Below, piece after piece: positions 63,435-64,000 of a stretch of 64,000 nt of DNA; position 1 is the stretch's first letter, and each line of letters begins with the position of its first letter. The translations under genes were made by a program, and so were the position numbers. Origin of the DNA: Octopus vulgaris (lineage: Eukaryota); NCBI GenBank assembly GCA_951406725.2, contig OX597819.1, forward strand, positions 125,054,001 through 125,118,000, in the 5' to 3' direction. The notes below the pieces were generated by a model that was given only the letters and a program-made list of their open reading frames with translations, did no database searches and was not told the DNA's origin.

Positions 63435-63850
63435 GGATCTTTTCGGTTTGAACGGCAGTTTTTTCTAGTGATGTCATATGAAATTGTCACCCATAATTAT
63501 GACCCTAGTATCGATCTATTGCATTTCAATCTGTTTTAGGATTAGGGGTTGGGGGAAGGGTATCTTTTCTTCTTCGCAAATGTAAATAAACCCAATCTGT
63601 TTCTTAAACGAGGGACATATTCATACGGCACAGAATGTTTTTTTTACCTCAATAGACGTCAGTGATTGGTTGAAATTGCAGAAATTGAAGAAAAAAAACA
63701 ACAACAAATATCTTACAAACTGTAGAATTTTCTCAATAAAGCCAAGAGAAAAAGATGTTTTATAAACATATTTTACCAGTATACGAAGTTTAAAAGTGTT
63801 TAGTTACCTAGAAATTATGTTTAAAACTGCAGTTCAAAGCGAAAAAATCT
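63435..63850. mobile_element. Merlin-like MITE
   Basis: Same family; imperfect TSD agaaacat/gaaaacat. Confidence 0.8.
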
Positions 63851-64000
63851 GAAAACATTCCTTTGTTATATATTAACAAACTTAACATATCAAGAAGGGA
63901 AATTCTAACCGATGGCTTAACATGCTAGAAATAATAACAAAATTCAGTGTCCAAGTCACACCTTATTATCTCAAAAAATTCAAGGATATATAATATAAAG

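Overview
AT-rich eukaryotic DNA, most likely an octopus/cephalopod genome (inferred from the repeat families). Most ORF-track entries are artefacts of repeats and microsatellites, and no intact protein-coding gene was found. Three layers are visible. (1) A dense TE landscape: about 25 5'-truncated RTE-LINE 3' ends with (GAT)n tails, two tRNA-derived SINE families, CR1, R4/Dong, Tx1/L1-ORF1, Penelope-like (GIY-YIG) and Gypsy fragments, a Tc1/mariner relic, and piggyBac-, Merlin-, mariner- and Helitron-type non-autonomous elements. (2) Small head-to-head fold-back elements sitting in (TA)n microsatellites. Several carry type I hammerhead ribozyme motifs at the hairpin centre, including one with a G3-C8 swapped core; a related family has a different conserved stem-loop instead. 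(3) Between the repeats, about 20 minus-strand exon-like segments, many with GT-AG boundaries, translate in correct order into a very divergent dynein heavy chain motor region (linker, AAA1-AAA4, stalk/MTBD, AAA5-AAA6, C-terminus). It is broken by stops, frameshifts and exonic TE insertions. All protein and family assignments are by-eye motif recognition, not database searches.
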